A stretch of 64,000 bases of DNA, from positions 2,848,001 through 2,912,000 of the forward strand of contig CAXXLQ010000004.1 in the NCBI GenBank assembly GCA_963668695.2, given 5' to 3'. The stretch's first letter is position 1. The number at the start of each line of letters is the position of its first letter. The position numbers were made by a program, and so were the translations under genes. Below, in pieces: positions 63,136-64,000 of the stretch. A model generated the notes under the pieces. It saw nothing but the letters and a program-made list of their open reading frames with translations, did not search any database and had not been told where the DNA came from. The stretch comes from Vicinamibacteria bacterium. Its GTDB lineage: Bacteria > Acidobacteriota > Vicinamibacteria > Marinacidobacterales > Marinacidobacteraceae.

Positions 63136-64000
63136 ACGAAACAGCTGACGGCCGGTTGCCCCGGGAGGAGGCCGTCCCCGGCGAGATCGCGGCTCCTGGC
63201 ATCGCCCCAGCCGTCCGGCGGCCGCGCCTGCTGGTTCCCGTGGCCCTCTTCCTCGCCACCCTCGCCACCACCCTGTGGGTGGGCGGAGCTATCGGGATTG
63301 CCGCCGAATCGCCGGAACTCTTCAGGGAGGGGGCGGACTCGCGGTCCGGACTCGAATGGACGTTGCTCTGGATTCGTCACGGGATTCCGTATTCGTTCTC
63401 CCTGCTGTTGATCCTTCTCTGCCACGAAATGGGGCACTACCTCACCGCCCGGGCCTACCGGGTGGACGCCAGCCCTCCCTACTTCCTGCCGATGCCGTTC
63501 ACCATGGTGGGAACGCTCGGGGCCTTCATCCGGATCCGGTCTCCCTTTCCCAACCGCCGGGCCCTGCTGGATGTGGGGCTCGCCGGACCGATCGCCGGAT
63601 TCCTGGTCTGTCTCCCCTTTCTGGCAGCGGGGGTCGCCTCCTCGCGCGCGGGCCCCATGATCTCCGGAGGACTGCAGTTCGGCGAGCCGATCGTCTTTCG
63701 GCTGTTTGCCTCGGTATTCGGCCCGGCGGTTCTCGACGGCGAGGTGCTCTATCTGAGCCCGATGGGCCTCGCGGCCTGGTTCGGCCTGCTGGTGACCGCG
63801 ATCAATCTCCTGCCGATGGGCCAACTCGACGGCGGACACGCCCTCTACGCACTGCTGCGCGACCGGGCGGCCCGGTTTTCGAAGACCGTGCACCTGCTCA
63901 TGTTTCCGCTGGCCTTGTGGTCCCCGACGTGGCTCGTTTGGGGGCTCCTGTGTCTTGTCCTCGGCGCTCGGCGGCCGCACCCGCCGACGCTCGACGACGC
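63132..64000 (+). CDS. Site-2 protease (M50) family membrane metalloprotease, truncated by window edge
   Basis: Manual translation: HEMGH, PPYFLP, GTLGAFIRI, AGPIAG, NLLPMGQLDGGH; ATGA overlap with the previous stop. Confidence 0.9.
   Translation, partial: MNETADGRLPREEAVPGEIAAPGIAPAVRRPRLLVPVALFLATLATTLWVGGAIGIAAESPELFREGADSRSGLEWTLLWIRHGIPYSFSLLLILLCHEMGHYLTARAYRVDASPPYFLPMPFTMVGTLGAFIRIRSPFPNRRALLDVGLAGPIAGFLVCLPFLAAGVASSRAGPMISGGLQFGEPIVFRLFASVFGPAVLDGEVLYLSPMGLAAWFGLLVTAINLLPMGQLDGGHALYALLRDRAARFSKTVHLLMFPLALWSPTWLVWGLLCLVLGARRPHPPTLDD

Overview
High-GC bacterial chromosomal window with about 45 genes. The gene content (Tat/lipoprotein-exported enzymes, carboxypeptidase-regulatory-domain TonB-dependent receptor, several TPR + CRTAC1/ASPIC-UnbV pairs, NHL repeat protein) suggests Acidobacteriota, possibly host- or sponge-associated; this is inference only. 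Housekeeping genes include modABC, lysA, ligA, fabI, a LeuA-family synthase, AddAB-like helicase/nuclease, ilvE and peptidoglycan-recycling enzymes. No rRNA, tRNA or true CRISPR array was seen. The most unusual locus is 38476-40698. An internally deleted, frameshifted IS630 element is followed by a ~1.37 kb array of about 44 mostly alternating 33-nt and 30/31-nt units sharing the core (C)TA(G/C)(T/A)GCGACATGTT. The array is closed by an exact 114-bp second copy of the IS right end, and its core carries the IS630 target CTAG and resembles the IS left end. The window also holds a modular TA-flanked MITE-like family with a nested ~21-nt module; one copy interrupts the start of a CRTAC1 gene. A second, highly structured ~155-190 nt repeat occurs twice. 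Odd proteins include a single-chain triple RidA lipoprotein, a TonB-C/DUF1326 fusion, a split AddA, an AddB without Fe-S cysteines, and a LigA with a duplicated HhH block. All calls come from reading motifs by eye; no database searches were run and some start codons are uncertain.
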